64,000 nucleotides of DNA from Naegleria gruberi. Taxonomy: Eukaryota. Numbering within the stretch: position 1 is the first letter of the stretch; each line of letters starts with the position of its first letter. The notes beneath the pieces are model-generated. The model worked only from the letters and a program-made list of their open reading frames with translations, did no database searches and was not told where the DNA came from. The translations under genes were made by a program, and so were the position numbers. This document shows positions 32,032 to 44,456 of the stretch, piece after piece. The DNA lies in the NCBI GenBank assembly GCA_000004985.1, contig GG738886.1. One strand, given 5' to 3'.

Positions 32032-35000
32032 TTACAACTGAAAGTATAAAGATTCAAACAAATAATCATCTGGAAAACTAATAAATATTGGAGAGGTATT
32101 TCTTTCAACGTATCTTTCATGTAAAATCAAATATGAAACCACATAAAGTCGTTTGAGATCTATTAAATCAAGGTCAGGTAGTAAGTGAGTTGCTAGTGGA
32201 ATAGTATCAGGGCTCAACAAGGAAATTATTTGGTTGCAATTACAACCAATGACCAACTCTAATGCATAGTGATAACATGGTGCTATCGATTTGTCATTAT
32301 CATCTAATAAAAATAGAACACTTACTGGAATAATATGCATGGGTTTTGATGATTGTTGAAATAAAATCCACGTCCCTGATTTCGTAACCACTCATCAACT
32401 CAGAGTTTCTAGAAATCTTACATACTACTTCAATATTTCCAATTACGACTTCTCCAAATTTTAAATTGACTTCATCTTCATTTATATTTTCCAAAAAGTC
32501 TTCACAAAATTCCCACACTATTTCGACATATTTCTCAATATCAGAAGCATGGGATAGTTCTTTACAACTAAAAACTGTTGCTACAATATTATTATTTCCT
32601 TGAATCAATAAAAGTTCGTGGATGTTTTGAAGATTTCCTTTCACTAACAGGATCATCTTGACATTATGATTTGCTTCAATTTGTTTAGGAGAAAATGACA
32701 CTATCTGAAACAATTTTGACTTCATTTCCTGAATAATAATATCCCAGTTATCTGGTCGGTGTTCTTCTTCTCTTGCAGTGCATCTATGACATAAGTTGCT
32801 AAATTCTTGATCAATACCACAATATTCTAACAATTTTCCAAATGAATAAATATCGCACTTATAAGTATATAAACCTCCTTCTGCTACTTGTGGAGATCTG
32901 AAAAAGGTTGTACCTCCAGATGAATTGTCTTCTCCAAGACATATTTTACCGAATCCAAAATCTACAAGTGTAACTACATTCGATGATATCATAATATTTT
33001 TTGCTGAGATGTCTCGATGAACAATATTAAAAGCGTGAACCTTTTTAAGAGCATCAGCTATTTGAATGAGTATTTTGATTTTCTGAAAACGGCTTGGGTT
33101 TGTTTGATTCCATTCTGCCAAGTTTTGGTCTAATTCGTCTTGAATGATATAGATTGTGTTGTTTTCGTCTCGTAATATTGTTTCCACTTGGGCAAGCTCT
33201 TTAAGTTTATACTTAATATTGAGAAATCTTTACATGTTGGTGATTACAAAAGAATTAAAATACTTACATTAGTATAAAAACTTCTCTGTAAAACGGATAA
33301 TCTTGCTTAGCCCTGGGTATTACCTTTACAACCTTATTTTGGTTGTTCCAAAATATTCTATAAACGGTGCCATAAGCTCCCGATCCAATCGGGTTTGTTA
33401 GCTCGGGTAATTTATCTTTGTAAAATACCTTATTAGCAAAGAAATAGGTTTCAACATAATTTTTCATCAATTCATCTAAGTCTGAAATGTTGAATGGTAT
33501 TTCATTATTGCCAATATCTGTGGCACCAGAGGCTTTCAGAATATTGAAAGCTACCATTCTCTCTTGATATTCTCGATCAATAATAGACTCTGCCAACGTT
33601 TTCATCTTGCTCAACATGATATCCGGAAATAATCTCACTACAGAGTCGATTTGATGATCAATATCATCTTTTCCTACTTTCTTTTTCCTCTCTCCATTCC
33701 CGAAATGAGGCTGTTTAAGCTGGAAAAGGAGGCTGAAAAATCCTCCAATATTTCTTATTTTAGAAGAAATAGTTGATTCCCAAAATCCAAAATTAGTCAA
33801 TTTGGATCTTTCGATAATATCATTCTTTTGATCTACTGGATTAGGGAGTTCATTTTTGGGATTTGCAAAATCATAATGCAAGAAATCTCCAAGCTTAGTA
33901 AGGAAAAGCAATTGAATAGATTGAATATTAACTAATCTCAGAAGTAAACAATTCACTACTCTTGAAACTACTCTTTCATTGTATTCTCCCACATCCAATA
34001 TATCTTCAAAGTAAAGTTTGTCTTTGATATCAGAAGAAATTATATGACTATTCGCAATCTTTTTCTTAAACTTTTCACTATTAACAACCATAAACTTTTC
34101 AATTTGTTGGAAAAGCTTATTCTTGGAAATATTGATATCCTCAATTGATTTCTCTTCTATGATTGTTGTTATAATATTGTTCAAGACCTCCAATATTCTA
34201 GTGGAGTAATATTGTGGGAAATCTTGTAATTTTTGAAGGACTAATAGAAGAAGGTGTTCTTGAAATTCGAAAAATTCGCAATCTGGTATTTGGTTCCTTT
34301 TCATTTTGGATTCTAGAGCATTCTTTGCTGATATTCTAAATGAAGGAATATCTCCAAAATACTCTATTACTTGTGTTTGATGGTATTTTTTATACCTTTC
34401 AACGTTACTTTTGTCTTGTTCTTTGTCTACCATATTGTAAAGAATAATGTTAGGTTCAATGTTTTTTTCTTTAAGAATGGACAATATATTCTAAGAAAAT
34501 TAATGAAATCTGTTGGAGAATACTTACTCGATCTGGATATTGAATGTTTGTAAAATCAACAACACAAATGACGACATCTGAGTTTTCAACAAATTCCAAA
34601 GTGTTTGAATCTATTGCCTCACAATTCTTTTGATTTATGCCAGCAGTATCACATAGATTAATATCAAGTTGTAATAATTCATATCCTGGAAGCTGAATGC
34701 TGAATATCTTTTGTTCAAATTCGTCATTCAAATCCTCACTGAAATCTGAATCGAAATTAGCATCACTAGAAAAGCTTTGTTCGTCTAGCTCAGTAACTCG
34801 TTCAAGTTGTTGGGATAGACGATAATACTCCACCTTGTTACCATTCTCACAAATAATAACTCCACTAGTTGATGGTAAAACATCAGAGTGTAGAACTAGT
34901 CCTCCAAGAATACTGTTGATAACAGTTGATTTACCTACTGATGAGCCTCCCACAAGTGTAATTTTGAAAGTGGAGTCCAACGGTTTTTTAAATGTCAATA

Positions 35001-35592
35001 AATGTTGAATGACATTATTAAAATTATACAACTGATTCGTAATTTCGATCAAGCTTTCTTTAGAGGTTCTCCACTGCGCCATCTCTCCTCTAATTAACTC
35101 ATAATGAACGCTCAATTTGTCCCAAAACTTAGTGACAATAATCTCTCTTAACTTGATATCGGATGCAATGTTCAAAGCCTCTTTGTGTCTTCCTTGCAAT
35201 GATAAACATACAGCATATAAAGGTTCTAAAATTGATTCATTCCCATTATTAGACATAGACTTAATAGTATTAAGCGCATCTATTCAAGTGTAAAATTAGT
35301 ATCTCAAAAACAACCTACTTTTGCTCCATTCAATTTCATCTGTTAGAAAACCAGGATCCAAGTCTATAAAAGATGCAAGATAACGCTTAATGTTACTGGT
35401 GTCAATTGTATTCACTTGTTCTGAGGGATTCAACTTCAAAAAGTCCAAACATCTAGAACAATAAAATCCAGAGCTTGAGCCAACAACGTGACTGCCCAGT
35501 AAATCACAACATTTACACCAACGGCAACAAGGCGTTAAACGTTCATGGCATAGGCTTACTGCAAAGTTAATAATGTCAAGTGTTGATACCAT
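32032..35592 (-). CDS. 5-exon gene: Cys-rich N-terminal domain + AIG1/GIMAP-type GTPase + Ser/Thr protein kinase (about 1133 aa)
   Basis: Exons 35592..35319, 35279..34528, 34490..33268, 33227..32326 and 32282..32032. Introns of 39, 37, 40 and 43 nt use GTAGGT, GTAAGT, GTAAGT and GTAAGT donors with ..AG acceptors, and all phases are consistent. GTPase motifs ITLVGGSSVGKSTVINSILG and DTAG. Kinase motifs GSGAYGTVY, VVKVI, HRDISAKNIM and DFGFGK. Confidence 0.7.
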
Positions 35593-36244
35593 TTTTTTGA
35601 TTTGTTTAATTGAGTGCTATTGGCAATTAGTGATAACCTTGCTTGTTATGAAAGCTTGAAATCACGTTTGGATATTTATGGCAAGCAGGGTAGAATTTAC
35701 AAAATAACCAAACGTGATCACTCTACAGTAATTTTGAAAATAAATTGTAGATGATCACTCTACGGTTGGTATTAAATATTAATATTGAATAATGCACTTT
35801 AAATTGAAAGTCGTAAAATGGAATCCTTTAGACAATTTAATTATCGGAATGCAATGGAATTTTAAAAATTCACAACATTTTTTAAAAAGCACTCGGCAAA
35901 ACAACGCGTCTGCATTTCCATTTATTTTTTTATCAAATTTCAACACCGCTTAATGTTTTGAAGCTTCATAACATTTTCACCACCTCACCTCAGGCTTTAC
36001 AAGACATTATTAAATATTAATAATTTGTACTGTTGGTTTTGATAAGCGATACAATTAATTGGCTAATATTTTTCTTTAAAGGCCACCATTCTAACATGTA
36101 ACATCCCTCCGGAGTCTTTTAGCTACTATATTTTATAAAGATTTGGATAGTGTTACCAGAAACGAACAGTATCTCTCATGGCAATGAATCCAAACTAATC
36201 TTGGACAGTGCCTTGAACAAAGCCCCAACAATTACCACAAAAAA

Positions 36245-37392
36245 ATGTTTCTATCATTCAACAAGCCCTCTGCACTTTCGTCTACTTTCGAATCAAACAA
36301 TGCCAGCTCTATTGTTTTCACAATGACTGACTTTGATGATTTAATTTACTCGGCAATTGATCAATCCTTCTCCTTCTTCTTTATGGCAACTTTTATTTTA
36401 CTAATTTTACTAATTGTTGGATTTTCCATAAAAAGCGATTGGAAAACATTAAAAAAAAGTCAAAAAAATATAATTTTAATGATTTTGACATTGTTGACAA
36501 CTCAAATGATTGGACTGTCAGGGAGAACAAGTTATAATTTTATTGACATTTCAATTTTGACAAGATATGAAAATTATTTAACTGAGAATGGATATACAGA
36601 GAATGATCAACTGTATATTGATGTAATTGTGAATGGAAATGACACTTATTTGACAACTGACATGGTGGGAATACCTTATGCAGATGTAGTTGGATTATTT
36701 CTCTCCAAGTCAATTGAGGCATTTTTCATTTTATTTGGATTAGTGATAATTAACATGGTTTTACATTACATTTCACATTTATTCTTTAATTTAATCAAAT
36801 ATTCACAAGGAGTTTTGAAATCGAATAGAACTAGAGTTATTCGAATGATTTTTGACACTGTCATGTTTATTACTTATTTCTTTTACTTTTTATTATTGAC
36901 TGCCATATTTATATTATTACTCATTGAGAATTTGAAGATAATTCATAACATCCAGTTAATTTTCTTTATCATTTCATTTGTTTTATTTGTTTTCCAATTG
37001 CTTTCTCAAACAATATTTTCATTGGTAAGTAATTTATTCCTACTTTCGTATAAAAATTATTGAAATAGATTGTAGCCATGATAGTTCTTTCAATTATTAA
37101 TCAATCAAGAAAGAAATTCAAAGATCAAACAAATTATTCATGGAAACAACCAATTGTGAAAATTGTAATTTTACAAGCAATTATGATATTTTCATGTTTT
37201 ATTCAAATTATTGCGATTGGATTTGGAGTTGTCATTTCTGCTTGGAATAATTCAGCATTGATTTATGACTTTTTAAATAATTTGGGAGTTTTGATATTTT
37301 CTATATTGGTATTGTGTTTGTATCATCCTTCGTTTGACTTTTTTAAGAATGAGAATGTTCGAATGAGGCTTAATTGTCAAAGTTTAGAATAA
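36245..37392 (+). CDS. multi-pass membrane protein, 2 exons (about 367 aa)
   Basis: Exon 1 (36245..37024) ends at TTG|GTAAGTAAT. A 44-nt intron (37025..37068) precedes exon 2 (37069..37392), in frame. Confidence 0.55.
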
Positions 37393-37406
37393 AATGAGAG
37401 ATTTCC

Positions 37407-39242
37407 TTAATGTAAATGGAATGTTCCACCTCCATATGCATAATTCATTCTCTCACGCAACAGAATATCAAATTCCTCTTGACTATTGATGTGTGAAAAG
37501 TCAGCAATCAATCCATGATATTTAAGAGCTGCCATTCGATACTCTTCATCATGATTCAAATCAATAGCCAAATAAAACGCAGGGGATAATTTCAATGCCT
37601 TCATAACAAACTCTCTATTTTCTATCAGATTCTTTGGAATTTGTTGATAGGAGAATTTGTATTGATTCACTTTCATGGACGAAAGCAAAATTTCTTCATT
37701 GTCTGTAAGAAAGTTTGGAACTTGAGTGAAAACTACCTTTCTTTGCAATATCAAGTCAGCGATCTTCTGTTTGAAATCCAAATCTGAAACAAGTGATTCT
37801 GCTAGACTAATATTTGTGAAATTACCGAGGTCTATAACTTTCAAAACGAAATCCTTATCATTCTTGAAGAATGGAAAATATTCAATGCAATTCTGATTTA
37901 CCATAACACATTCCATAGCAAACTGACTGTCTTTTAACAAATCTTCCTTTGCAAATCTCATTAAAGAAGCATCATTTCGAATAACTTCCAAAATTCCCTT
38001 TCTATCATTTTGTTTGAACAACAATTCGAAATCTTTTCGTTTGTTTGGTTTTTTCACTTCCTCTTCTTCAATAAACTCATCATTCTCTTCATAATTACCC
38101 ACCATAAACATGTCATTTGAATCGTCTTCCAATTGTAAACTTTCTGATTTTTCATTTTCTTTAAAATTCTCAAAACTTTCATCCTTAATTAGTTCAGCAG
38201 GAATGTAAGGAAGAATTTTACAATCATGATTGAGTGCTTTCAATATAAATTGCTTATTATTTCTCAATTCTGATTGTTCAAGTAAGCTTGGATCATGTTG
38301 CAAACAGTTCAATAAGATTTCTTCATCATTGTTTCTAATACTTTCAGATAGATATCTGAAAGCTAAATAATTAATTTTCACTAATTGAAGGCAAAAATCT
38401 CTATCTTGCAATAAATCTATACCTTTAACATGATCCAGGAGGGTTATGTTGACTGGAGCAATTGCCAAAATTATTTCTCTATCTTTCTTCAATTCGTCTT
38501 TCATATTTGAATTCGAATAGACATTCACATTTCTTTTAATTGCTTCTAAAACCACATGTTTATCCTTAAAAAGATAAGAAAGTGAAGTGTTGTAATGCTG
38601 AACTAGATATTCTACAGCTATTTCAGGATATCTTTCGAATACAGATTCTTCCAAAGTTATTGAATCTGATTTGACAGCTGCCATAATAATTTCAGGATCA
38701 TTTTTCAAATCCTCACTAGCATACAGATAAGCCCACCCATCATTCTTCACAGCAGATAAAACAATTCTCTTGTCTGATTGACATTCCTCTGACAGAAACG
38801 CCAAATGTCTTCCTTGAAATTGAACGAGCATGTGAGCAATGTCAAGATCTGATTTAGAAGTTTCTGAGGATTGAAGGAGAGGATCGCAGAACCATTCCTT
38901 GAATGCCAGTTCGAATAATGATTTTCTGTTCAAAATAAATGGTAAATCTCTGACAAGATTCGAATATTTTGGACGAATTGATTTCATTGCTTGAATCACC
39001 AAATAATCATCAAATAAGAATTCAATAGGAAGAAAGTTGACTTGCAACAGTGAATTTGAAACTCTTCTCTCACGTTGTTCTTTAATATATTTCACTTTAG
39101 CTTCAATCCATTTCGAATAACCTTTTCCCAGTTGCGTAAACTTTTCTTTCAACTTTATCCGAAAGGAATTTTGATTATTTGATAGATAAAACGGTTCTTC
39201 CACCAGAATGAGAATGCACTGCTGCTCATGATCTTGTGACAT
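37407..39242 (-). CDS. DUF4116 repeat-containing protein
   Basis: Repeated modules of about 30 aa of the form ...KNDxEIVLAAVKxDGxAL.YASEDLKNDPEII.... Confidence 0.6.
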   Translation of the reverse strand: MSQDHEQQCILILVEEPFYLSNNQNSFRIKLKEKFTQLGKGYSKWIEAKVKYIKEQRERRVSNSLLQVNFLPIEFLFDDYLVIQAMKSIRPKYSNLVRDLPFILNRKSLFELAFKEWFCDPLLQSSETSKSDLDIAHMLVQFQGRHLAFLSEECQSDKRIVLSAVKNDGWAYLYASEDLKNDPEIIMAAVKSDSITLEESVFERYPEIAVEYLVQHYNTSLSYLFKDKHVVLEAIKRNVNVYSNSNMKDELKKDREIILAIAPVNITLLDHVKGIDLLQDRDFCLQLVKINYLAFRYLSESIRNNDEEILLNCLQHDPSLLEQSELRNNKQFILKALNHDCKILPYIPAELIKDESFENFKENEKSESLQLEDDSNDMFMVGNYEENDEFIEEEEVKKPNKRKDFELLFKQNDRKGILEVIRNDASLMRFAKEDLLKDSQFAMECVMVNQNCIEYFPFFKNDKDFVLKVIDLGNFTNISLAESLVSDLDFKQKIADLILQRKVVFTQVPNFLTDNEEILLSSMKVNQYKFSYQQIPKNLIENREFVMKALKLSPAFYLAIDLNHDEEYRMAALKYHGLIADFSHINSQEEFDILLRERMNYAYGGGTFHLH

Positions 39243-39559
39243 TTTTTAAATATATTTAATAATAATATTGAAGGTTACATTAATAATATTATTCATAATT
39301 ATTGATCCAAATTATCCTAAAATCATAATCTTTGATTAGTGACGAGATTAGTTGTTCCAGTTCGAAAGTCTAGACCAATCAAATAAATTTCAATTTCTAG
39401 TGTTGAGAAATTTTCAATTCAAAACCTTATTCGAAACATTAAGGAATAAAATTCGAACCAAACTCTTAAACTCTTGAGAATCATCTAAATCATTTTACTT
39501 TCCATAAATGAAAATGGAGAAATTAAACTATTAATAAAAAACAAAAGTTTTGAAAAAAA

Positions 39560-39946
39560 ATGATTGACCACATTGACCATATCGTGCTCACCACCCACAA
39601 CCTCAACCAATGCATTGATTTCTATACTCGTGTCTTGGGAATGCAATTAGAATCCTTTGGAAATAACAATGAACGTAAAGCTCTCAAATTTGGAAATCAA
39701 AAAATTAATATACACGAATATGGAAAGGAATTTGAACCAAAAGCTCATTTACCAGTTCCTGGTTCGATAGATATTTGTTTTATTGCTTCAATTCCATTGG
39801 AAAAAGTTAGAGAAAAGATTGAAAGTGAAAATTGGGAAATAATTGAGGGTCCAATTTTGAGAACTGGAGCAATTGGTAAAATTACATCAATTTATATAAG
39901 AGATCCAGATTTGAATTTGGTGGAAATTGCTACGTATAATCAATGA
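39560..39946 (+). CDS. VOC/glyoxalase-bleomycin resistance family protein
   Basis: MIDHIDHIVLTTHNLNQCIDFYTRVLG... gives a typical VOC betaalphabetabetabeta N-terminus, 128 aa. Confidence 0.6.
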   Translation: MIDHIDHIVLTTHNLNQCIDFYTRVLGMQLESFGNNNERKALKFGNQKINIHEYGKEFEPKAHLPVPGSIDICFIASIPLEKVREKIESENWEIIEGPILRTGAIGKITSIYIRDPDLNLVEIATYNQ

Positions 39947-40502
39947 GTCAATATTGAGAAATTAGTTTTAAATTTCATTCAGTAAAAATGTCAAGTTGTC
40001 AATTTTTTTTGAAAGTATTTAAAAATATTGAATATTGACACATGTGAACGAAGGAAATATTACATAGTGGAACATTTTCATTACAATATTACCGTGAAAA
40101 TTAACTACTCAATAGTTTAATAAATTTAAATACCAGTTTACAAATTGGCAAGTGGAAACTATCAAAAGTCAAAATTAAACATGTCAAAGATTTGCAATAA
40201 AAGGAGAGGATACAAATTAATTGATTAGTGTCAGGCTTTGGAACCCTTTTTTTCGGATAAGCTTTTCAAATTTGGACGATTCTTGTCTTTGGTCAGAATT
40301 AAAAAACGAAACTTTCGAATAAATTGAAACAAAGAGTAGACAAGGATTTCATATCTTTGTTTTATTCACAGAGTTGCTAGCCATCATCATTAGTAAAATC
40401 ATCATTTTCATCATCATTAGCGAGTAATAATAAATTTAGATCTCGGGAGATAGCAGATTCGAAACCTTTCGAATAGAAAAGTCTATCACAATATTAGGAA
40501 AA

Positions 40503-43109
40503 ATGTTCTCTTCATCCTCTTCGTCATCCTCCAACAATAGGCGTTTACCTCTGGCCATCCTATTCCACACACCACCTAATCCTCTCATCCAACAACAACT
40601 TCCTCCAACACTTTCTCCCAATGTTTCGTCTAATTCTTCCATTCGAATAAACTCACCTCTAACATCCAGCAGTCTATCAAGTACCACTACCAATATCATG
40701 AGCAATATTAGTAGTAGTACCAACAGTTCCATTCATACTTCAACTCCTTCATTTTCTTCATCATCTTCTTTTACTCCAAGTTTAAATTCGCTTAGTTTCT
40801 CCTCATCTAATCCGAATCCGTTGAAACCAAGAAGTAGAAGTAATAGTAATTCAAGTTCTGTTAGTAATGGTGGTTTACATGAGTTTGTTTCGTCTCCGAC
40901 TGCAGAAGAAGTCGAAATTGAAAATGATGAAGAAAAACGAAAGAGGACGAAATCAATGGCAAGTTTGGCGAAACAATTAAAAAAGATTTCGAATCAGCCA
41001 GGTGAAACAATTAATCAACCAATTTCATCAGAAAGTTCTGTCATTGCAAATACGCCACAGAAAGTTGAGAAAGTAGAAGAAACTCCATCCGAAACTATTG
41101 TTGTTGGACTAAAGAGAAGAGTTAGTTCATTTCTATTTAGGAAATCTTTAAATCAAGAAACATTAAGTGCTAATGGAGGAAGTTTTCGTATTCCAGCTGC
41201 TTCATCACCTTCTAGAAAATCATTGAATGTAATTTCTAATACGAATCCAAACGAATCCAACACATATACATCATCTTCTCCTCAATTTGGCAAGGCCACA
41301 GTTTCTAACAACAATCAATCTAATCCTATTCAAAGAACTAATTCAAAAACTAGAAGTTTCTTCACATCTAAAAAGAAGAAACATCAATCAATGGAACATG
41401 AAGTTTCTTCTAATGTTTCTAATAAGAAAAATAGACATTCATCTTCCAGTAATGTAGCAGGAATGTGTGAATCACCAGATACTGGTTCATTATTTTCATT
41501 TGATATAGGAACAGTTGATGCCACAACAAATACTACTAGCAATGATAATGTCAGTAGTACTGATGCAGATTGCATTTCGAATTTTGGTGGAAATAATCAA
41601 AAAAGTTTAGTTTTGGAAGATTTGGAACATGCCACTCCAGAGGAAATGGGAAATATTGATAGTATGAGAGTGAAATTTTTACAATTCATTTCGAATGAAT
41701 TTGTGAGAAATCCAAATACGAAAGGTCTTCCAGAAAATGACTTTCTCGTCAAGTTGTATTTTATGGATTTTATGTATGATGGTATTAGTTTGAAAATTTC
41801 TAGAAAATTGACAAATCTTTTATCAATTTTACATCAAATTGATTCGCTTTGTAAATTTTTATTAACCAAATTTGACAAACATTCCCAATTATGGAGAGAA
41901 ATTATTGAAGATCAAGCAACAAGTTTAAAATATCCATATCTAGAATGTATTGTAACTGACACTATTGAAAATGATGTTCAAAGAATGAGCCAATCTTACT
42001 GGTTGACTCATCAAAGATTATGTAAATTTTTAAAAGAAACCTATGAAGTATATGTGAAGAATAATCATAAACCATTAGAACAACTAGACGAAAATCAATC
42101 TCATTCAACCAATTTGAAGAAACAAATTCAGTTATTGTGTGACATGTTCTTTATTGACTTGGAAGATCAATTTATGCTTTTCCAAGCAAAGAATTACAAG
42201 TACATTAAGAAATGGATTGGTGAGGGTGTGAAAAATAAGACAATTCCAAATCAAGTGATTGAAATTTATAAGAGAGATAGGGAGCATAATGAAAAGATGC
42301 AAAACGAATTCAAGATTCAAGCCGAAGACTTTACAACTAAGCATGTCATTGATAAGGATTGGAAATTTATGAAATATTTCTCTAATGAACTATCTCACCA
42401 TTGGTTCCTTACTTATAGTCAGCTCGGAAAATTGGCTAATTGGAATAGTTTTGCAGATTTTTCATCAGACAATTTGAATTTGAGAATTTCCAAAATGATT
42501 GGATATATTGACCAACCAATTGAGCAAGTTGCAAAATCTTTCAATTATGACAATCATTTACAATATCAATTTAAGAATATGAAATGGTCGTCGTACAATA
42601 CCATTGATGATTCTAATTCACTGCTCAAATATCCATCTGTTCTCATGTCAGGTGTCTATGAATCAGGTTCTATATTCTCATCTAGAAATATGCAATTAGT
42701 ATTCTCATCAAAATCATCGTTTGTAGGCGAAGAATTAACCGAAATGCAAACAATATTCAAATCATGTGAAACTGTAAAGGAGAAATCTAAAAAGGACATT
42801 ATCAAAATCAAAATGCCACTACTAGGAATCAGAATTTTACTGAAAATTGATGAAAATAGAACTAGAGTTACAGAGCTGAGATTTTCCAATTTGGGTGGTT
42901 TCTTAAATTCCAAAATTGTAATTTTTAACCCAATCAGTACAAAGAAATCTTGCTTGGAAACTTATAATTCGCTGCTGAGTGCCATTGCAGCTCATGAAGG
43001 AAAAGGCATGCCCTCCTCACAAGATAATAATCTAATGAGATTGTGGGTTGACTATTGTAATCATTACGCTGGTATTAATGTTGTTGAAAAGTATAAATCA
43101 ATTCGATAG
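40503..43109 (+). CDS. START-like lipid-binding domain protein with Ser-rich N-terminus (paralog B)
   Basis: ATG at 40503. The C-terminal domain is colinear with the 28812..30845 product. Confidence 0.6.
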   Translation: MFSSSSSSSSNNRRLPLAILFHTPPNPLIQQQLPPTLSPNVSSNSSIRINSPLTSSSLSSTTTNIMSNISSSTNSSIHTSTPSFSSSSSFTPSLNSLSFSSSNPNPLKPRSRSNSNSSSVSNGGLHEFVSSPTAEEVEIENDEEKRKRTKSMASLAKQLKKISNQPGETINQPISSESSVIANTPQKVEKVEETPSETIVVGLKRRVSSFLFRKSLNQETLSANGGSFRIPAASSPSRKSLNVISNTNPNESNTYTSSSPQFGKATVSNNNQSNPIQRTNSKTRSFFTSKKKKHQSMEHEVSSNVSNKKNRHSSSSNVAGMCESPDTGSLFSFDIGTVDATTNTTSNDNVSSTDADCISNFGGNNQKSLVLEDLEHATPEEMGNIDSMRVKFLQFISNEFVRNPNTKGLPENDFLVKLYFMDFMYDGISLKISRKLTNLLSILHQIDSLCKFLLTKFDKHSQLWREIIEDQATSLKYPYLECIVTDTIENDVQRMSQSYWLTHQRLCKFLKETYEVYVKNNHKPLEQLDENQSHSTNLKKQIQLLCDMFFIDLEDQFMLFQAKNYKYIKKWIGEGVKNKTIPNQVIEIYKRDREHNEKMQNEFKIQAEDFTTKHVIDKDWKFMKYFSNELSHHWFLTYSQLGKLANWNSFADFSSDNLNLRISKMIGYIDQPIEQVAKSFNYDNHLQYQFKNMKWSSYNTIDDSNSLLKYPSVLMSGVYESGSIFSSRNMQLVFSSKSSFVGEELTEMQTIFKSCETVKEKSKKDIIKIKMPLLGIRILLKIDENRTRVTELRFSNLGGFLNSKIVIFNPISTKKSCLETYNSLLSAIAAHEGKGMPSSQDNNLMRLWVDYCNHYAGINVVEKYKSIR

Positions 43110-43138
43110 TTTTTTGTTGTAAATTGTAACTTATTCAC

Positions 43139-44277
43139 TTATGGTTTATTCTCTTCAAATATTTGATTTAACATTTGATAAACTTGTTCAGTGTTAAATG
43201 CTGAAATTACAAAATGCTTTACAACTCTGTTGTGCACATCCATTTCCATGTACTTTTTCACAATGAACTCAACAATACTGTCAACATTTGATTCGTCGCC
43301 TCCAAATTCTGGAACGTACTGTGAAAACGAAACTCCCCTCTTTATCCTATCTTCTAAAACATCTTTCTTATTGAAAATCAAATAGAGTGGATGTTCAGAC
43401 ACAAGTTTAGAGTCATACCATTTCTCAAATGAAGATAATCCCTCAACAAATCGATTTGTAATATTGTCTTCATAACACAATTCGTCAAATTCACTTAATG
43501 AAATAACGTAGCCAACTACAAGTTTTTGTTGAGAAAATTCAAAAACTTGTGGAATATGCAACCATTTCTTACGCTCAGTACGTTGTCCTCCTATTTTGTT
43601 TTGTTATTAATTGAGTAAATCAGCTATTAAATACGTACCAGTGTCCATGATTGCTTTTTTAGGATTTTTGATATACTTGAAAGATGGTTGACCAGTTGTT
43701 TTAATGGCAGCATAAAAGAAATCATCAAAATTCATTTCAACATTATCTTTTAACAACCTTTCCACATTCTCTTTCTTTGAATAATATTTGATACTTTCTA
43801 AAAATGGTAATGTTGCTCTATTTTCAAATAAAGCTCTTTGTAATCCTGGATCTTGATGCATTTTCAACACAACTCTTTTCACATCATTCCAAACTCTATC
43901 AGGTGCTAATAGATTCTTGTGAGATTGTCCAATAGTTTCTATCATTTCCAAATAGGCCTCTGAATTTTCCCTTCTTTCGAATTCATCTTTATATTTATCA
44001 ATTTCTTCAAAAACCAAATTTAATAATATTGAATAAACATTCAAAATTGACTTTTCATGAGTGTGAGGCAGTTGAATTCCACTTCTTTTCACTATTGAAG
44101 CTAATTATATTATGCAGACGAAACTAAATGGCAAATGTCAAAAGGAATTAACCTACTTTTTCCTGCACCACCTGTTCCTATCAATGCAAGAGCAGTATCT
44201 GTACCTTCCAATGGATCATATGGAGGTGGAACTGTATTCACTGTTCGAAAGTTAAATAATTTACCAAGTTTTTTCAT
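43139..44277 (-). CDS. heterotrimeric G protein alpha subunit, 3 exons (344 aa)
   Basis: Exons 44277..44157, 44100..43639 and 43590..43139. Introns of 56 nt (GTAGGT..tag) and 48 nt (GTACGT..tag). The spliced product gives LIGTGGAGKTSIVKRS (P-loop), IKTTG (switch I), DTGGGQRTERKKWLH (switch II) and FNKKD. Confidence 0.75.
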
Positions 44278-44456
44278 TTTTTTTTCTTTCTAAAATTGTT
44301 CATAAAAGTTCTAGAGCGATCTTTGAAGACACATGTCGAGTCAGTGATGAAATTATCCTAAACCACTTTGAATAGTCGCCAAGAGTTCAATATTTTGTAA
44401 AGTAAAAAGTTATAATTATTTGTAATAAATTTTATGAATTTGCACTTTAAAAAAAT

